Assembly: GCF_056746865.1 (NCBI RefSeq)
Contig: NZ_CM163382.1
Strand: one strand, 5' to 3'
DNA length: 64,000 nt
A model generated the notes under the pieces. That model was not told where the DNA came from. It did no database searches and worked only from the letters and a program-made list of their open reading frames with translations. Of the stretch, positions 53,496 through 64,000 are shown piece by piece; the first letter of the stretch is position 1, and each line of letters starts with the position of its first letter. The translations under genes were made by a program, and so were the position numbers.

Positions 53496-54242
53496 ATGAT
53501 CGTTTTAGTAACTGGAGCAACGGCAGGTTTTGGTGAATGCATTACTCGTCGTTTTATTCAACAAGGGCATAAAGTTATCGCCACTGGCCGTCGCCAGGAG
53601 CGGTTGCAGGAGTTAAAAGACGAACTGGGAGATAATCTTTATATCGCCCAACTGGACGTTCGCAACCGCGCCGCTATTGAAGAGATGCTGGCATCGCTTC
53701 CTGCCGAGTGGAGCAATATTGATATCCTGGTAAATAATGCCGGCCTGGCGTTGGGCATGGAGCCTGCGCATAAAGCCAGCGTTGAAGACTGGGAAACGAT
53801 GATTGATACCAACAATAAAGGCCTGGTATATATGACGCGCGCCGTCTTACCGGGTATGGTTGAACGTAATCATGGTCATATTATTAACATTGGCTCAACG
53901 GCAGGTAGCTGGCCGTATGCCGGTGGTAACGTTTACGGTGCGACGAAAGCGTTTGTTCGTCAGTTTAGCCTGAATCTGCGTACGGACCTGCATGGTACGG
54001 CGGTGCGCGTCACCGACATCGAACCGGGTCTGGTGGGTGGCACCGAGTTTTCCAATGTCCGCTTTAAAGGCGATGACGGTAAAGCGGAAAAAACCTATCA
54101 AAATACCGTTGCATTGACGCCAGAAGATGTCAGCGAAGCCGTCTGGTGGGTATCAACGCTGCCTGCTCACGTTAATATCAATACCCTGGAAATGATGCCG
54201 GTTACCCAAAGCTATGCCGGACTGAATGTCCACCGTCAGTAA
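53496..54242 (+). CDS. ydfG: NADP-dependent 3-hydroxy acid dehydrogenase (SDR)
   Basis: 248 aa from MIVLVTGATAGFGECITRRF…; Rossmann motif. Confidence 0.9.
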   Translation: MIVLVTGATAGFGECITRRFIQQGHKVIATGRRQERLQELKDELGDNLYIAQLDVRNRAAIEEMLASLPAEWSNIDILVNNAGLALGMEPAHKASVEDWETMIDTNNKGLVYMTRAVLPGMVERNHGHIINIGSTAGSWPYAGGNVYGATKAFVRQFSLNLRTDLHGTAVRVTDIEPGLVGGTEFSNVRFKGDDGKAEKTYQNTVALTPEDVSEAVWWVSTLPAHVNINTLEMMPVTQSYAGLNVHRQ

Positions 54243-54250
54243 TTTTTATA

Positions 54251-54275
54251 CCCGGCGTAACTGCCGGGTTATTGC
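54251..54275 (+). terminator. Rho-independent terminator after ydfG
   Basis: CCCGGC-gtaact-GCCGGG stem followed by TTATTGCTT. Confidence 0.6.
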
Positions 54276-54330
54276 TTGTCACAAAAAAGTGGTAGACTCA
54301 TGCAGTTAACTCACTCACAAGCAAGAACGA

Positions 54331-55017
54331 ATGACCGTCGAAACGCAACTTAATCCCACACAGCCTGTCAATCAGCAGATTTATCGTATTCTTCGTCGCG
54401 ACATTGTCCATTGCCTGATTGCACCAGGCACACCGTTGTCGGAAAAAGAAGTTTCTGTTCGTTTCAATGTGTCACGCCAGCCGGTTCGTGAAGCCTTTAT
54501 TAAACTGGCGGAAAACGGCCTGATTCAAATTCGTCCGCAGCGTGGCAGCTACGTCAACAAAATTTCCATGGCCCAGGTGCGCAACGGCAGTTTTATCCGT
54601 CAGGCCATTGAGTGCGCGGTGGCGCGTCGGGCGGCGAGCATGATTACCGAAAGCCAGTGCTACCAACTGGAACAAAATCTTCACCAGCAACGCATTGCCA
54701 TTGAGCGCAAGCAACTGGATGATTTTTTTGAACTTGATGACAACTTCCATCAACTCCTGACGCAGATTGCCGACTGTCAACTGGCGTGGGATACCATTGA
54801 GAACCTGAAAGCGACCGTTGATCGCGTGCGCTATATGAGTTTCGACCACGTTTCTCCACCAGAAATGCTGTTACGCCAGCATCTTGAGATTTTCTCTGCC
54901 CTGCAAAAACGTGATGGCGATGCGGTAGAACGTGCAATGACGCAACATTTGCAGGAAATCAGCGAATCCGTGCGCCAGATCCGCCAGGAAAACAGCGACT
55001 GGTTTAGCGAAGAGTAA
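54331..55017 (+). CDS. rspR: GntR/FadR-family transcriptional regulator
   Basis: 228-aa ORF with N-terminal winged HTH (…[19 protein letters not shown]…). Confidence 0.85.
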   Translation: MTVETQLNPTQPVNQQIYRILRRDIVHCLIAPGTPLSEKEVSVRFNVSRQPVREAFIKLAENGLIQIRPQRGSYVNKISMAQVRNGSFIRQAIECAVARRAASMITESQCYQLEQNLHQQRIAIERKQLDDFFELDDNFHQLLTQIADCQLAWDTIENLKATVDRVRYMSFDHVSPPEMLLRQHLEIFSALQKRDGDAVERAMTQHLQEISESVRQIRQENSDWFSEE

Positions 55018-55098
55018 TTCATTTCCTCTCATCCCATTCGGGGTGAGAGTCTCTCCCCCCGCCTTATGGCTCATGCATGCATCAAAAAAGATGTGAGC

Positions 55099-55112
55099 TT
55101 GATCAAAAACAA
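55099..55112. promoter_or_regulatory. FNR-like site TTGAT-caaa-AACAA upstream of ydfZ
   Basis: Read from sequence; 9 of 10 match to TTGAT-N4-ATCAA; -10-like TATTTA about 22 bp downstream. Confidence 0.35.
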
Positions 55113-55193
55113 AAAATATTTCACTCGACAGGAGTATTTATATTGCGCCCGTTACGTGGGCTTCGACTGTAAATCAGAAAGGAGAAAACACCT

Positions 55194-55397
55194 ATGACGA
55201 CCTACGATCGTAACCGTAACGCAATCACCACTGGCAGCCGTGTTATGGTTAGCGGCACCGGTCACACTGGCAAGATCCTGTCGATTGATACTGAAGGTCT
55301 GACCGCTGAGCAAATCCGCCGCGGAAAAACCGTAGTTGTTGAAGGTTGTGAAGAGAAACTGGCACCTCTGGACCTGATTCGTCTCGGCATGAACTAA
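55194..55397 (+). CDS. ydfZ: small conserved protein YdfZ
   Basis: 67-aa [38 protein letters not shown]… with AGGAG RBS. Confidence 0.85.
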
Positions 55398-55405
55398 GCG
55401 TGTGA

Positions 55406-55436
55406 ATGCCGCCGATGGCGGCATTGCTTTTTTTAC
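55406..55436. terminator. bidirectional Rho-independent terminator between ydfZ and ydfI
   Basis: ATGCCGCC-gat-GGCGGCAT stem followed by TGCTTTTTTT. Confidence 0.75.
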
Positions 55437-56893
55437 TTCACGGAATATTTCGCAACGGTCGCTTTCGCACCATGCGCTAATAAAGACAAGTACGCTTCCG
55501 TCACTTTTGCAGTAAACAAGCTATTGTCTGGCAAATCATCACCAAAGATCGCCTTAATCGCCAGCAATGACTGGACGCGCGCTTTCCCTTCGGCACTACT
55601 TTGTACAGCCTTCTGAATAACAGGTAACAGTGGGTCACTGATTTCTATCGGATTTCCCTGTTCATCAACACCACCGACATAACGCATCCAACCTGCGACG
55701 CCCAGCGCCAGCAGATCGAACTTGCTGTCATGCGCCAGATGCCAGCGAACAGAATCCAACATCCGCTGTGGCAATTTCTGGCTGCCATCCATCGCAATCT
55801 GCCAGGTTCGATGACGTAGCGCCGGGTTGCTATAGCGTTCAATTAATCGGTTAGCGTAATCTTGCAAATCAACGCCCTGCACTTTCAACGTCGGCGCTTG
55901 TTCCTGCAACATCAAGGCATACGCTGCATGACGATAATGTTCATCTTCCATGCAGTCATTAATGTGCTGATATCCGGCAAGATACCCCAGATACGCCAGG
56001 AATGAATGACTGCCGTTGAGCATGCGCAACTTCATCTCTTCATAAGGCAGCACATCACTAACCAGTTCGGCTCCCGCTTTTTCCCATTCCGGACGTCCGG
56101 CAACAAAGTTATCTTCTATTACCCACTGGCGGAAAGGTTCACAGGCAACGCCAGCAGGATCGCGCACACCGGTAAGTTGTTCGATTTTCGCCAGCGTATC
56201 CTCTGTCACTGCGGGCACAATACGGTCCACCATTGTTGATGGGAAAGTCACGTTTACTTCGATCCATTGTGCCAGTTTTACATCAACAGCTTGCGCGTAG
56301 GAAGTGACAACGTCACGCATAACATGACCGTTTTCTGGCATGTTGTCACATGACATGACGGTAAATGCGGGAAGTCCTGCCGCTTTACGGCGAGCCAGCG
56401 CCTCAACAATCACCCCTGTTGCAGTTTTCGGCTGGTGGGGATTTTGCACGTCGGCAGCGACCATCGGGTGATCGAGCATTAACTGTCCGGTCGCCGGAGA
56501 GTGGAAATACCCTTTTTCGGTGATTGTCAGAGAGACAATCGCGATTTGCGGTTCACACATCGCAGCCAACACGGTTTCTAAGCCATCTATCTGTACGTGC
56601 AAGGCTTTTTTAACGACGCCAACGACGCGAGCCGTCCACGCATCGGCCGACATTTCCGCAACGGTATAAAGATTATCTTGCTGTTGTAAATCGGCAATTT
56701 GCTGTTCGCCGCCGATTAAATTGACCTCATAATATCCCCAATCACTGAAATGTTTTGTAGCAAGAATATCGGCATACACGCCCTGATGCGCACGGTGAAA
56801 TGCGCCAAAGCCTAAATGAACAATTCTTGGGGCCAAGTTATTACGATCATAAACAGGGAGCGTCGCTTTTGCTGATAACAAATTATTTCCCAT
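55433..56893 (-). CDS. ydfI: mannitol-dehydrogenase-family oxidoreductase
   Basis: 486-aa ORF with long-chain mannitol/mannonate dehydrogenase pattern. Confidence 0.85.
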   Translation of the reverse strand: MGNNLLSAKATLPVYDRNNLAPRIVHLGFGAFHRAHQGVYADILATKHFSDWGYYEVNLIGGEQQIADLQQQDNLYTVAEMSADAWTARVVGVVKKALHVQIDGLETVLAAMCEPQIAIVSLTITEKGYFHSPATGQLMLDHPMVAADVQNPHQPKTATGVIVEALARRKAAGLPAFTVMSCDNMPENGHVMRDVVTSYAQAVDVKLAQWIEVNVTFPSTMVDRIVPAVTEDTLAKIEQLTGVRDPAGVACEPFRQWVIEDNFVAGRPEWEKAGAELVSDVLPYEEMKLRMLNGSHSFLAYLGYLAGYQHINDCMEDEHYRHAAYALMLQEQAPTLKVQGVDLQDYANRLIERYSNPALRHRTWQIAMDGSQKLPQRMLDSVRWHLAHDSKFDLLALGVAGWMRYVGGVDEQGNPIEISDPLLPVIQKAVQSSAEGKARVQSLLAIKAIFGDDLPDNSLFTAKVTEAYLSLLAHGAKATVAKYSVK

Positions 56894-56982
56894 AACAATT
56901 CCTTAAATTTAAATATGGCAAGCTGCATGTTTTGTTATATGAATAAAAAATCCCCTCTCCGGTAAGAGAAGGGATGGAGGAT

Positions 56983-58350
56983 TTACAGACTTCTTGAAGG
57001 TTGCGCAGCTGTTACAACACGCGGTTGATCTTCCGCGGCATCTTCCAGTGCACTTAAATCACGGTCTCTCACTTCTGGCATTTTCAGCGCAGAGATTAAA
57101 CCAATCACTGAATATGCCATGATCATAATGGCGATCGGATACCAGGATTCCGTCATGGTGCAGAAAATACCCGCCAGGATAGGACCAAAACCGGAAGCGA
57201 TAAGACCACCAATTTCTTTAGAAATCGCCATCCGGGTAAAGCGGTTTTTACAGCCGAACATTTCTGCCATGGTAATGTTTTCCAGAGCAAATAATCCCAG
57301 CACCGCACAGTTATGAATCACAATCAGTGCAACCATAATGGTGCTCGGGGCATAGCTTTTATCTACGATGATAGAAAGCATTGGCCACGCCAGCACAATC
57401 GCAGAGGTATTCATAATAATATACGGGATCCGGCGACCTATTTTATCGGATAACCAACCAAGGAACGGAATGGTCATAAAGCCGAGAATCGAACTGATCA
57501 TCAATGCATCTGTTGGAATTGCTTTGTTAAACAATAACGTCTGCACTAAATAGCCTGCAAGGAAAGTCTGAATTAAACCGGAGTTACCAGCCTGACCAAA
57601 ACGCAGCCCTGTTGCCAGCCAGAAGGATTTGCTCTGGAACATGCTACCAGCAGGTGCAGGTTTTGCTGTCGGTTGGTTGCTGTCGTTAACCTTCTCAAAG
57701 ACCGGGCTTTCTTTCAGATTCATACGCAACCAGATAGCAAAGACCATCACGACAACGCTCGCCAGGAACGGTATACGCCATCCCCACGCAAGCAGTTCCT
57801 CTTTACTGAGAATGAAGAACATAAAGGCCCAGATTGCCGTTGCGCTCAAGGTTCCGCAGTTAGTCCCCATAGCAACAAATGAGGAGATAATTCCGCGCTT
57901 ACCTTTTGGTGCATATTCCGCCAGCATCGTGCCGGCACCGGAAATTTCCGCGCCTGCCCCCAGCCCCTGAATAATACGCAGCGTCACCAGCAAAATTGGC
58001 GCAAACACACCAATTTGTGCATAGGTCGGCAGCACACCAATTAAGGTAGTACAGATCCCCATCATAGTGATGGTAATAAAGAGCACTTTTTTACGCCCGA
58101 TTCTGTCGCCCATTTTGCCGAAAATAAATGCTCCGACAATACGCGCCACATAACCTGCACCGTAGGTTCCCATTGCCAGAATTAACGCCATTGCCGTTGA
58201 TGATTCAGGAAAAAATATTTCATGAAACACTAACGCTGCGCCGAGCGAATATAACTGGAAATCCATAAATTCAAGCGCAGTGCCCAGCCATCCCGATACT
58301 GCTGCTTTCACCAAATCCTTAGTGCTTCTTTCGTGTTTTTCTATTGTCAT
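56983..58350 (-). CDS. ydfJ: MFS metabolite:H+ symporter, apparently intact
   Basis: 455-aa uninterrupted 12-TM-like ORF. Confidence 0.85.
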   Translation of the reverse strand: MTIEKHERSTKDLVKAAVSGWLGTALEFMDFQLYSLGAALVFHEIFFPESSTAMALILAMGTYGAGYVARIVGAFIFGKMGDRIGRKKVLFITITMMGICTTLIGVLPTYAQIGVFAPILLVTLRIIQGLGAGAEISGAGTMLAEYAPKGKRGIISSFVAMGTNCGTLSATAIWAFMFFILSKEELLAWGWRIPFLASVVVMVFAIWLRMNLKESPVFEKVNDSNQPTAKPAPAGSMFQSKSFWLATGLRFGQAGNSGLIQTFLAGYLVQTLLFNKAIPTDALMISSILGFMTIPFLGWLSDKIGRRIPYIIMNTSAIVLAWPMLSIIVDKSYAPSTIMVALIVIHNCAVLGLFALENITMAEMFGCKNRFTRMAISKEIGGLIASGFGPILAGIFCTMTESWYPIAIMIMAYSVIGLISALKMPEVRDRDLSALEDAAEDQPRVVTAAQPSRSL

Positions 58351-58407
58351 AATGGTTATCTCTAAAAAAGAGGTAAGATGCGTACTACTTACTCGCCGTT
58401 ATTGGTA

Positions 58408-59427
58408 TTATTCAGAAAAAGTGAGTAAGACTTTGCAGCAATGCTTTTGATCCTGTTCAAATAAACTAATGGCATCAGCAACATGCTGGAAATCAAACGT
58501 ATGGGTAATTAGTTTTTCTGGTTTAATTAACCCTTTACTTAACCAGTCGATAACGACCGGGAATTTATTTGCATTTAAGCGTGAAGAGAAAATAGAGAGT
58601 TCTTTTCCGGTAATTCCTTGCTGAATCACTTCAGACGGTTCACTGGAGAAGCCCATCAATACAATACGTGCCGCTGGAGAAGCCAGCGTTACGGCTTCTT
58701 TCAGGATTGAAGGATGACAAGCCGCATCGATAATTAATGTCGGCTTTATGCCTTTTTCAGCGAAAATCTCGCCAAGCGGTGTCTGGCTGTTATTAATCGC
58801 CCAGTCTGCCCCGCTCTCTTTCGCTTTTTCCAGTCGTTCATCAATGCGATCGGCAACAATCACATTCTTAACGTTATAGACGCCTTTTAATACCTGAACG
58901 ATCGTCAGGCCGATTGGACCGGCACCGTAAACCAGAACGGTATCATTTTCAGTCGGTTGACCATGACCGGTAACGTTAGCCGCAATGGTAAAAGGTTCGA
59001 TCATCACCGCATATTGATCGGCCACTGCTTCAGGAATTTTCCACGCATTTTTTGCCGGCACCACGGCATATTCACTGAAACCACCGTCAGCGTGCACACC
59101 TAATACAGCCAGTGTCGTACAAACGTTCGGCTTACCTATAGAGCACGGATAGCAATGCCCACAGCTGACCACCGGATCGACAGCAACGCGTTCACCGACT
59201 CTGGCGCTTTCCACGCCTTCACCCACTGCATCAATGACGCCAAAGAATTCATGACCAATGACGCGCGGATATTTCGCAAAAGGATTATGCCCACGATAAA
59301 TATGGCTATCTGAACCACAAATTCCGGCAAGTTTCACTTTTACTCGTACTTCACCCGCTGACGGGGTGGGTATTTCGCGTTCGATAATTGCCAGTTGATT
59401 CGGTTTTTCAATTAAAATGCTTTTCAT
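58408..59427 (-). CDS. rspB: zinc-dependent alcohol-dehydrogenase-family oxidoreductase
   Basis: 339 aa from MKSILIEKPNQLAIIEREIP…; GHE zinc motif. Confidence 0.85.
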   Translation of the reverse strand: MKSILIEKPNQLAIIEREIPTPSAGEVRVKVKLAGICGSDSHIYRGHNPFAKYPRVIGHEFFGVIDAVGEGVESARVGERVAVDPVVSCGHCYPCSIGKPNVCTTLAVLGVHADGGFSEYAVVPAKNAWKIPEAVADQYAVMIEPFTIAANVTGHGQPTENDTVLVYGAGPIGLTIVQVLKGVYNVKNVIVADRIDERLEKAKESGADWAINNSQTPLGEIFAEKGIKPTLIIDAACHPSILKEAVTLASPAARIVLMGFSSEPSEVIQQGITGKELSIFSSRLNANKFPVVIDWLSKGLIKPEKLITHTFDFQHVADAISLFEQDQKHCCKVLLTFSE

Positions 59428-59438
59428 TATCTTACTCC

Positions 59439-60653
59439 TTACCAGTTCCACAGCGTGCCATCTTCCAGACGTGCGACTGGCAGATAAGCAGGTTCATAGG
59501 GATATTTCGCCGCCAGCTTTTCATCGAATTCGATGCCAAGACCCGGTTTGTCTCCCGGATGCATATAGCCGTTATCGAAAGTCCAGTTGTGCGGGAAGAC
59601 TTCAAGCATTTGTTCGGAATAACCCATGTATTCCTGGACACCGAAATTGGGGACCCACAGATCAAAGTGCAGCGCCGCAGCCATGCAGACTGGTGACAAA
59701 TCGGAAGGACCGTGTGAGCCAGTACGTACCTGATACAACGAAGCAAAATCGGCAATCCGGCGCATACCGGTAATTCCGCCTGCATGGGTCAGCGTGGTGC
59801 GGATATAATCGATAAGTTGCTCTTCAATCAGTTGCTTGCAGTCCCAGATGCTGTTGAAGACTTCACCCACCGCGATGGGTGTGACGGTATGTTGGCGAAT
59901 GAGACGGAAGCATTCCTGGTTTTCCGCAGGCGTCGGGTCTTCCATCCAGAACATGCGATAATCTTCAATGCTTTTACCAAAGCGCGCCGCTTCAATAGGC
60001 GTTAAGCGATGGTGCATGTCATGCAGCAAATGTTCATTAAAACCAAACTTGTTACGTACCGCGTCAAACAATTTCGGCATGAAATCGAGGTATTTCTCCG
60101 TCGACCACAACTGCTCTTCCGGCCACTGTCCTTTGGTTGCGGGTTCATAAGCCAGACCTTTGCCTTTCGACATGCCGTAGGTGGTTTTCATACCAGGGAT
60201 TCCGCACTGCACGCGGATGGCTTTGAATCCCAGCTCCTGATGACGGGCATAATCATCCAGAGCTTCATCAATACTGTGACCGGTGGTATGGCAATAAACC
60301 ATCACCCCTTCACGAGACGCGCCGCCGAGTAACTGGTAAAGCGGCATGTTGGCAGCTTTGGCTTTAATATCCCACAGCGCCATATCAACCGCTGAAATGG
60401 CCGACATCGTCACCGGACCGCGACGCCAGTAAGCACCTTTATAGAAAAACTGCCAGATATCTTCGATACGGTGTGCATCGCGACCAATAAGCTGCGGACA
60501 AAGGTGATCCTGCAAATAAGAGGCCACGGAAAGCTCACGTCCATTGAGGGTGGCATCCCCAAGGCCCGTAATACCGTCCTCAGTGGTGATTTTTAATGTG
60601 ACGAAATTACGCCCCGGACAGGTAACAAAAACTTCAGCCTTTACGATCTTCAT
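59439..60653 (-). CDS. rspA: enolase-superfamily mannonate-dehydratase-like starvation-sensing protein
   Basis: 404 aa from [22 protein letters not shown]…. Confidence 0.85.
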
Positions 60654-60858
60654 GTTCGATTCCTTGCATCGCTTGTCGTGATGCATGAAATCTACGCAAC
60701 TGAGCTACTACCATACAAGTATGAAGATCGAAAAAAGCCGGAGTGATCACAAAAAAAGGCGTATATTTGCGCCGTGAATGGTTGACAAAAGATGAAATAG
60801 AATACCTTTTGTCAGCTGACACTTCCTTGTATCTTATTGATAAAATGGATTTATGTCC

Positions 60859-61185
60859 TTACGCGCGCCCCCAGCCCGCAACAATGATCAACATGCCGCA
60901 AAGCGCAATCAACGCCCCCGTCCAGTCATAAAGACTCAGTTTCACGCCATCCACAACGCGCAGCCACATCAACGCCGTGCAGACATAAACGCCACCATAA
61001 GCCGCGTAAACACGCCCACTCGCCGCAGGATGCAACGTTAACAACCAGACAAACAGTGCCAGAGAAATCCCCGCCGGAAGCAACAGCCAGATACTGGCGT
61101 TTCGTTTTAACCACAACCAGGGCAGAAAGCATCCAATAATTTCACACAGCGCAGTAGCAAAAAATAGTAACGTTGTTTTAATCAT
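60859..61185 (-). CDS. ynfA: small inner-membrane protein (UPF0060)
   Basis: 108 aa from [23 protein letters not shown]…. Confidence 0.8.
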
Positions 61186-61319
61186 CTTTGTCACTTATTG
61201 ACATCATGTATAGTTATAGGACGACATAATATCATCAATATAAACATCCTCCTGGTACGTTTTGCGTTCGCAGTGGATGGTGTAGAATCACCTTTAATCA
61301 TTCATACAGGGAATGAATT

Positions 61320-61661
61320 ATGAAAATTACTCTCAGCAAACGAATTGGCCTGCTCGCTTTTCTGCTGCCTTGCGCACTGGCATTGAGCACAACTGTTCAT
61401 GCCGAAACTAACAAACTGGTGATTGAGTCTGGCGACAGTGCGCAAAGCCGCCAGCACGCCGCTATGGAAAAAGAGCAATGGAATGACACGCGCAATCTGC
61501 GCCAGAAAGTGAATAAACGCACTGAAAAAGAGTGGGATAAAGCCGACGCCGCTTTTGATAACCGCGATAAATGTGAGCAAAGCGCCAACATCAATGCCTA
61601 CTGGGAGCCAAATACTTTGCGCTGCCTGGACCGTCGAACTGGCCGCGTTATTACCCCCTAA
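61320..61661 (+). CDS. ynfB: secreted protein YnfB (UPF0482)
   Basis: 113-aa ORF with signal peptide. Confidence 0.8.
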
Positions 61662-61695
61662 CCTGTTATTGATTTAAGGAATGTAAGGACACGTT

Positions 61696-62256
61696 ATGCC
61701 AAGCGCCCACAGTGTTAAGCTACGCCCGCTGGAGCGTGAAGATTTACGCTATGTACATCAACTCGACAATAACGCCAGTGTGATGCGTTACTGGTTTGAG
61801 GAACCCTACGAAGCCTTTGTTGAACTCTCTGATCTGTACGATAAGCATATTCACGATCAGAGCGAACGGCGCTTTGTGGTGGAATGTGACGGCGAAAAAG
61901 CCGGTCTGGTGGAGCTGGTGGAAATTAACCATGTTCATCGCCGCGCAGAATTTCAGATAATTATCTCCCCGGAATATCAGGGGAAAGGTCTGGCAACGCG
62001 TGCCGCAAAATTAGCAATGGACTATGGCTTCACCGTTCTCAATCTCTATAAGCTGTATCTGATCGTCGATAAAGAGAATGAAAAAGCGATACACATTTAC
62101 CGCAAGCTTGGCTTTACGGTTGAAGGTGAATTGATGCATGAGTTCTTTATTAATGGTCAATATCGGAATGCCATTCGCATGTGCATATTCCAGCATCAGT
62201 ATCTGGCAGAGCACAAAACACCGGGTCAGACTCTCCTGAAGCCGACCGCACAATAG
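61696..62256 (+). CDS. speG: spermidine N1-acetyltransferase
   Basis: 186-aa GNAT-fold [26 protein letters not shown]…. Confidence 0.9.
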   Translation: MPSAHSVKLRPLEREDLRYVHQLDNNASVMRYWFEEPYEAFVELSDLYDKHIHDQSERRFVVECDGEKAGLVELVEINHVHRRAEFQIIISPEYQGKGLATRAAKLAMDYGFTVLNLYKLYLIVDKENEKAIHIYRKLGFTVEGELMHEFFINGQYRNAIRMCIFQHQYLAEHKTPGQTLLKPTAQ

Positions 62257-62258
62257 CA

Positions 62259-62969
62259 TTAATAATAATCGATAGTATTTTTGATGGTGTAAACCCGTTC
62301 GATGGCGGGTTTTACTCCTTCATCAACAATGATTAGCTGACAGTCCACCGGATTGGCGTGACTGTCATATTCACAGCTCTGTTTTACATTACCAACTCTT
62401 TGATTATTCAGTATAGTAACCGCTGTGTAATCTAATTTTTTGATCGGGTCCGTTGATGGCGTGGCGCTAACAGATAATGTTTTGTCGTGACTTTTCGTGG
62501 TTTTACCCAGCGGATACCCCTGATCATCATAGCGATATTCCATCTGCATCTGTTTGCTGCTGGCTTTAATCACAAAGCCATTATCATCGGTTTCCCAACT
62601 CACCCCGGCAGAAGGTAATTCTGCTAGCTGGCATTTTCCCTGCAAACGAACTCTTTTCTCCAGTGTCTGGGCATCACGGTAATAATTGGCGTCCAGTACC
62701 AGGGCAACCACGGTATTATTTTCCAGATCCAGTAATTCGAGTGAATCAAAACAGCCTTCTTCCGACAAAGTCCCCGAAACACGTTTCGTCACTTCACCTT
62801 GCTCATCCATTAATGTCTGAGTGAAATCTTTTACCGGACCACGCAGCGGATCAAAATCGAATTCATTAGAGAAACTGGCCATCTCAGGGGTAAATGAAAG
62901 TGTTACCTCTGTTCGGTCACATCCTGTGAGGAATATCGCGAGTAAGCATGGCAGTAATTTGTATTTCAC
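62259..62969 (-). CDS. ynfC: lipoprotein YnfC (UPF0257), GTG start
   Basis: 236 aa from (GTG)KYKLLPCLLAIFLTGC… with lipobox LTGC; ORF track has 12 extra N-terminal codons. Confidence 0.8.
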   Translation of the reverse strand: MKYKLLPCLLAIFLTGCDRTEVTLSFTPEMASFSNEFDFDPLRGPVKDFTQTLMDEQGEVTKRVSGTLSEEGCFDSLELLDLENNTVVALVLDANYYRDAQTLEKRVRLQGKCQLAELPSAGVSWETDDNGFVIKASSKQMQMEYRYDDQGYPLGKTTKSHDKTLSVSATPSTDPIKKLDYTAVTILNNQRVGNVKQSCEYDSHANPVDCQLIIVDEGVKPAIERVYTIKNTIDYY

Positions 62970-63073
62970 AACAGTCACCAGAGAGTAGAGATGATTCTCA
63001 ATCATAGTAGCAAATACAGTACTTTACACGTTAAATGCTATGCTTAAAGAAGTTATCTTCGCGTAAGGAGCTT

Positions 63074-63382
63074 ATGATGAAACTCTCAACCTGCTGTGCC
63101 GCGCTTCTGCTCGCCCTCGCCTCACCCGCGGTACTCGCCGCGCCGGGATCCTGTGAGCGCATACAGAGCGATATATCACAGCGCATTATCAATAATGGCG
63201 TACCCGAAAGCAGCTTCACGTTAAGTATTGTACCCAATGACCAGGTTGATCAGCCTGATTCCCAGGTCGTCGGGCATTGCGCTAATGATACGCATAAAAT
63301 TCTCTACACCCGCACCACCAGCGGTAACGTCTCTGCTCCCGCGCAGTCTACCCAGGATGGCGCGCCTGCCGAACCGCAGTAA
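63074..63382 (+). CDS. ynfD: secreted DUF1161-family protein
   Basis: about 102 aa from MMKLSTCCAALLLALASPAVLA…. Confidence 0.8.
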   Translation: MMKLSTCCAALLLALASPAVLAAPGSCERIQSDISQRIINNGVPESSFTLSIVPNDQVDQPDSQVVGHCANDTHKILYTRTTSGNVSAPAQSTQDGAPAEPQ

Positions 63383-63467
63383 CACATTATCGACTGAACG
63401 CCGGATACGACACATCCGGCGATTTGAACATACAACATAATCCCACCTTATTACTCATACCCTTCTA

Positions 63468-63481
63468 TTGATATGGATTAA
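63468..63481. promoter_or_regulatory. FNR-like site TTGAT-atgg-ATTAA upstream of ynfE
   Basis: Read from sequence; 9 of 10 match to FNR consensus, about 100 bp upstream of ynfE ATG. Confidence 0.3.
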
Positions 63482-63580
63482 TAATTCTTAACCCAAAATG
63501 GGTAGACTCCCTCTATTGTTAGCGCGCTAAATATTCAATATATAAACTTTTATATAACGATAAAGATCAGGGAGTGAGTT

Positions 63581-64000
63581 ATGTCCAAAAATGAACAAAT
63601 GGTGGGCATCAGCCGCAGAACACTCGTTAAATCTACCGCGATAGGTTCTCTGGCGCTGGCTGCAGGCGGTTTTTCTTTACCGTTCACCCTGCGCAGTGCA
63701 GCGGCAGCGGTACAGCAGGCCAGCGAGAAAGTGGTCTGGGGTGCCTGTTCCGTCAACTGTGGTAGCCGCTGTGCACTTCGTCTGCATGTTAAAGATAATG
63801 AAGTGACCTGGGTGGAAACTGACAACACCGGCAACGACGAGTATGGCAATCATCAAGTACGTGCCTGTTTGCGCGGTCGCTCCATCCGTCGGCGTATTAA
63901 TCATCCCGATCGCTTGAATTACCCAATGAAACGCGTGGGCAAACGCGGCGAAGGCAAATTCGAACGGATTAGCTGGGATGAAGCCCTGGATACTATCGCC
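63581..64000 (+). CDS. ynfE: 5' part of Tat-exported molybdopterin oxidoreductase (DMSO/selenate reductase family catalytic subunit); runs off window end
   Basis: ATG at 63581 with GGAG RBS; twin-arginine signal (…ISRRTLVKSTAIGSLALAAGG…) then Cys cluster CSVNCGSRCALR; no stop before window end. Confidence 0.85.
   Translation, partial: MSKNEQMVGISRRTLVKSTAIGSLALAAGGFSLPFTLRSAAAAVQQASEKVVWGACSVNCGSRCALRLHVKDNEVTWVETDNTGNDEYGNHQVRACLRGRSIRRRINHPDRLNYPMKRVGKRGEGKFERISWDEALDTIA

Noticed and set aside
55029-55052. Hairpin CTCTCATCCC-attc-GGGGTGAGAG after rspR
   Set aside because: Stem present but followed by C-rich rather than U-rich sequence; cannot distinguish terminator from a REP-like element
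1-64000. Search for CRISPR arrays, tRNA or rRNA genes
   Set aside because: No regularly spaced direct repeats with unique spacers and no tRNA- or rRNA-like stretches were seen; the only short repeat arrays are the HipB operators and the IS2 terminal repeats

Overview
This 64-kb window reads as an Escherichia coli chromosomal segment colinear with the K-12 ydeP / hipBA / lsr / mar / dcp / ynfE region, but from a strain that is not K-12 MG1655-like at several points. Gene identities come from reading the translated ORFs and from my recollection of E. coli proteins and synteny; no database search or computation was possible, so every name is a recollection-based call. Gene order (low to high coordinate): ydeP 5' end; a complete six-gene chaperone-usher fimbrial operon ending in ydeQ; an AraC-type fragment (yneL); a co-oriented eight-gene cluster of redox/detox-type enzymes with a divergent LysR regulator; hipBA with its four-operator array; a full-length 1806-aa AIDA-type autotransporter; the complete lsrRK / lsrACDBFG AI-2 locus; tam, yneE, uxaB, dgcF, yneG, glsB, sad, yneJ, yneK, ydeA; marC and marRAB; eamA, ydeE; an IS2 copy inserted into the small-protein gene mgtS; a candidate MgrR sRNA; dgcZ, ydeI, dcp, ydfG, rspR, ydfZ, ydfI, an intact ydfJ directly next to rspBA, ynfA, ynfB, speG, ynfC, ynfD and the 5' end of ynfE. 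I saw no rRNA, tRNA or CRISPR array, and no recognisable phage-defence cassette. The best candidate for uncharacterised biology is the LysR-associated cluster at about 7.4-15.5 kb, which includes two signal-peptide-bearing tandem-domain proteins and which, from memory, is not at this locus in K-12. The most concrete strain-specific event is the IS2 insertion (1331 bp, 5-bp CTGGG target duplication) after the eighth nucleotide of mgtS.
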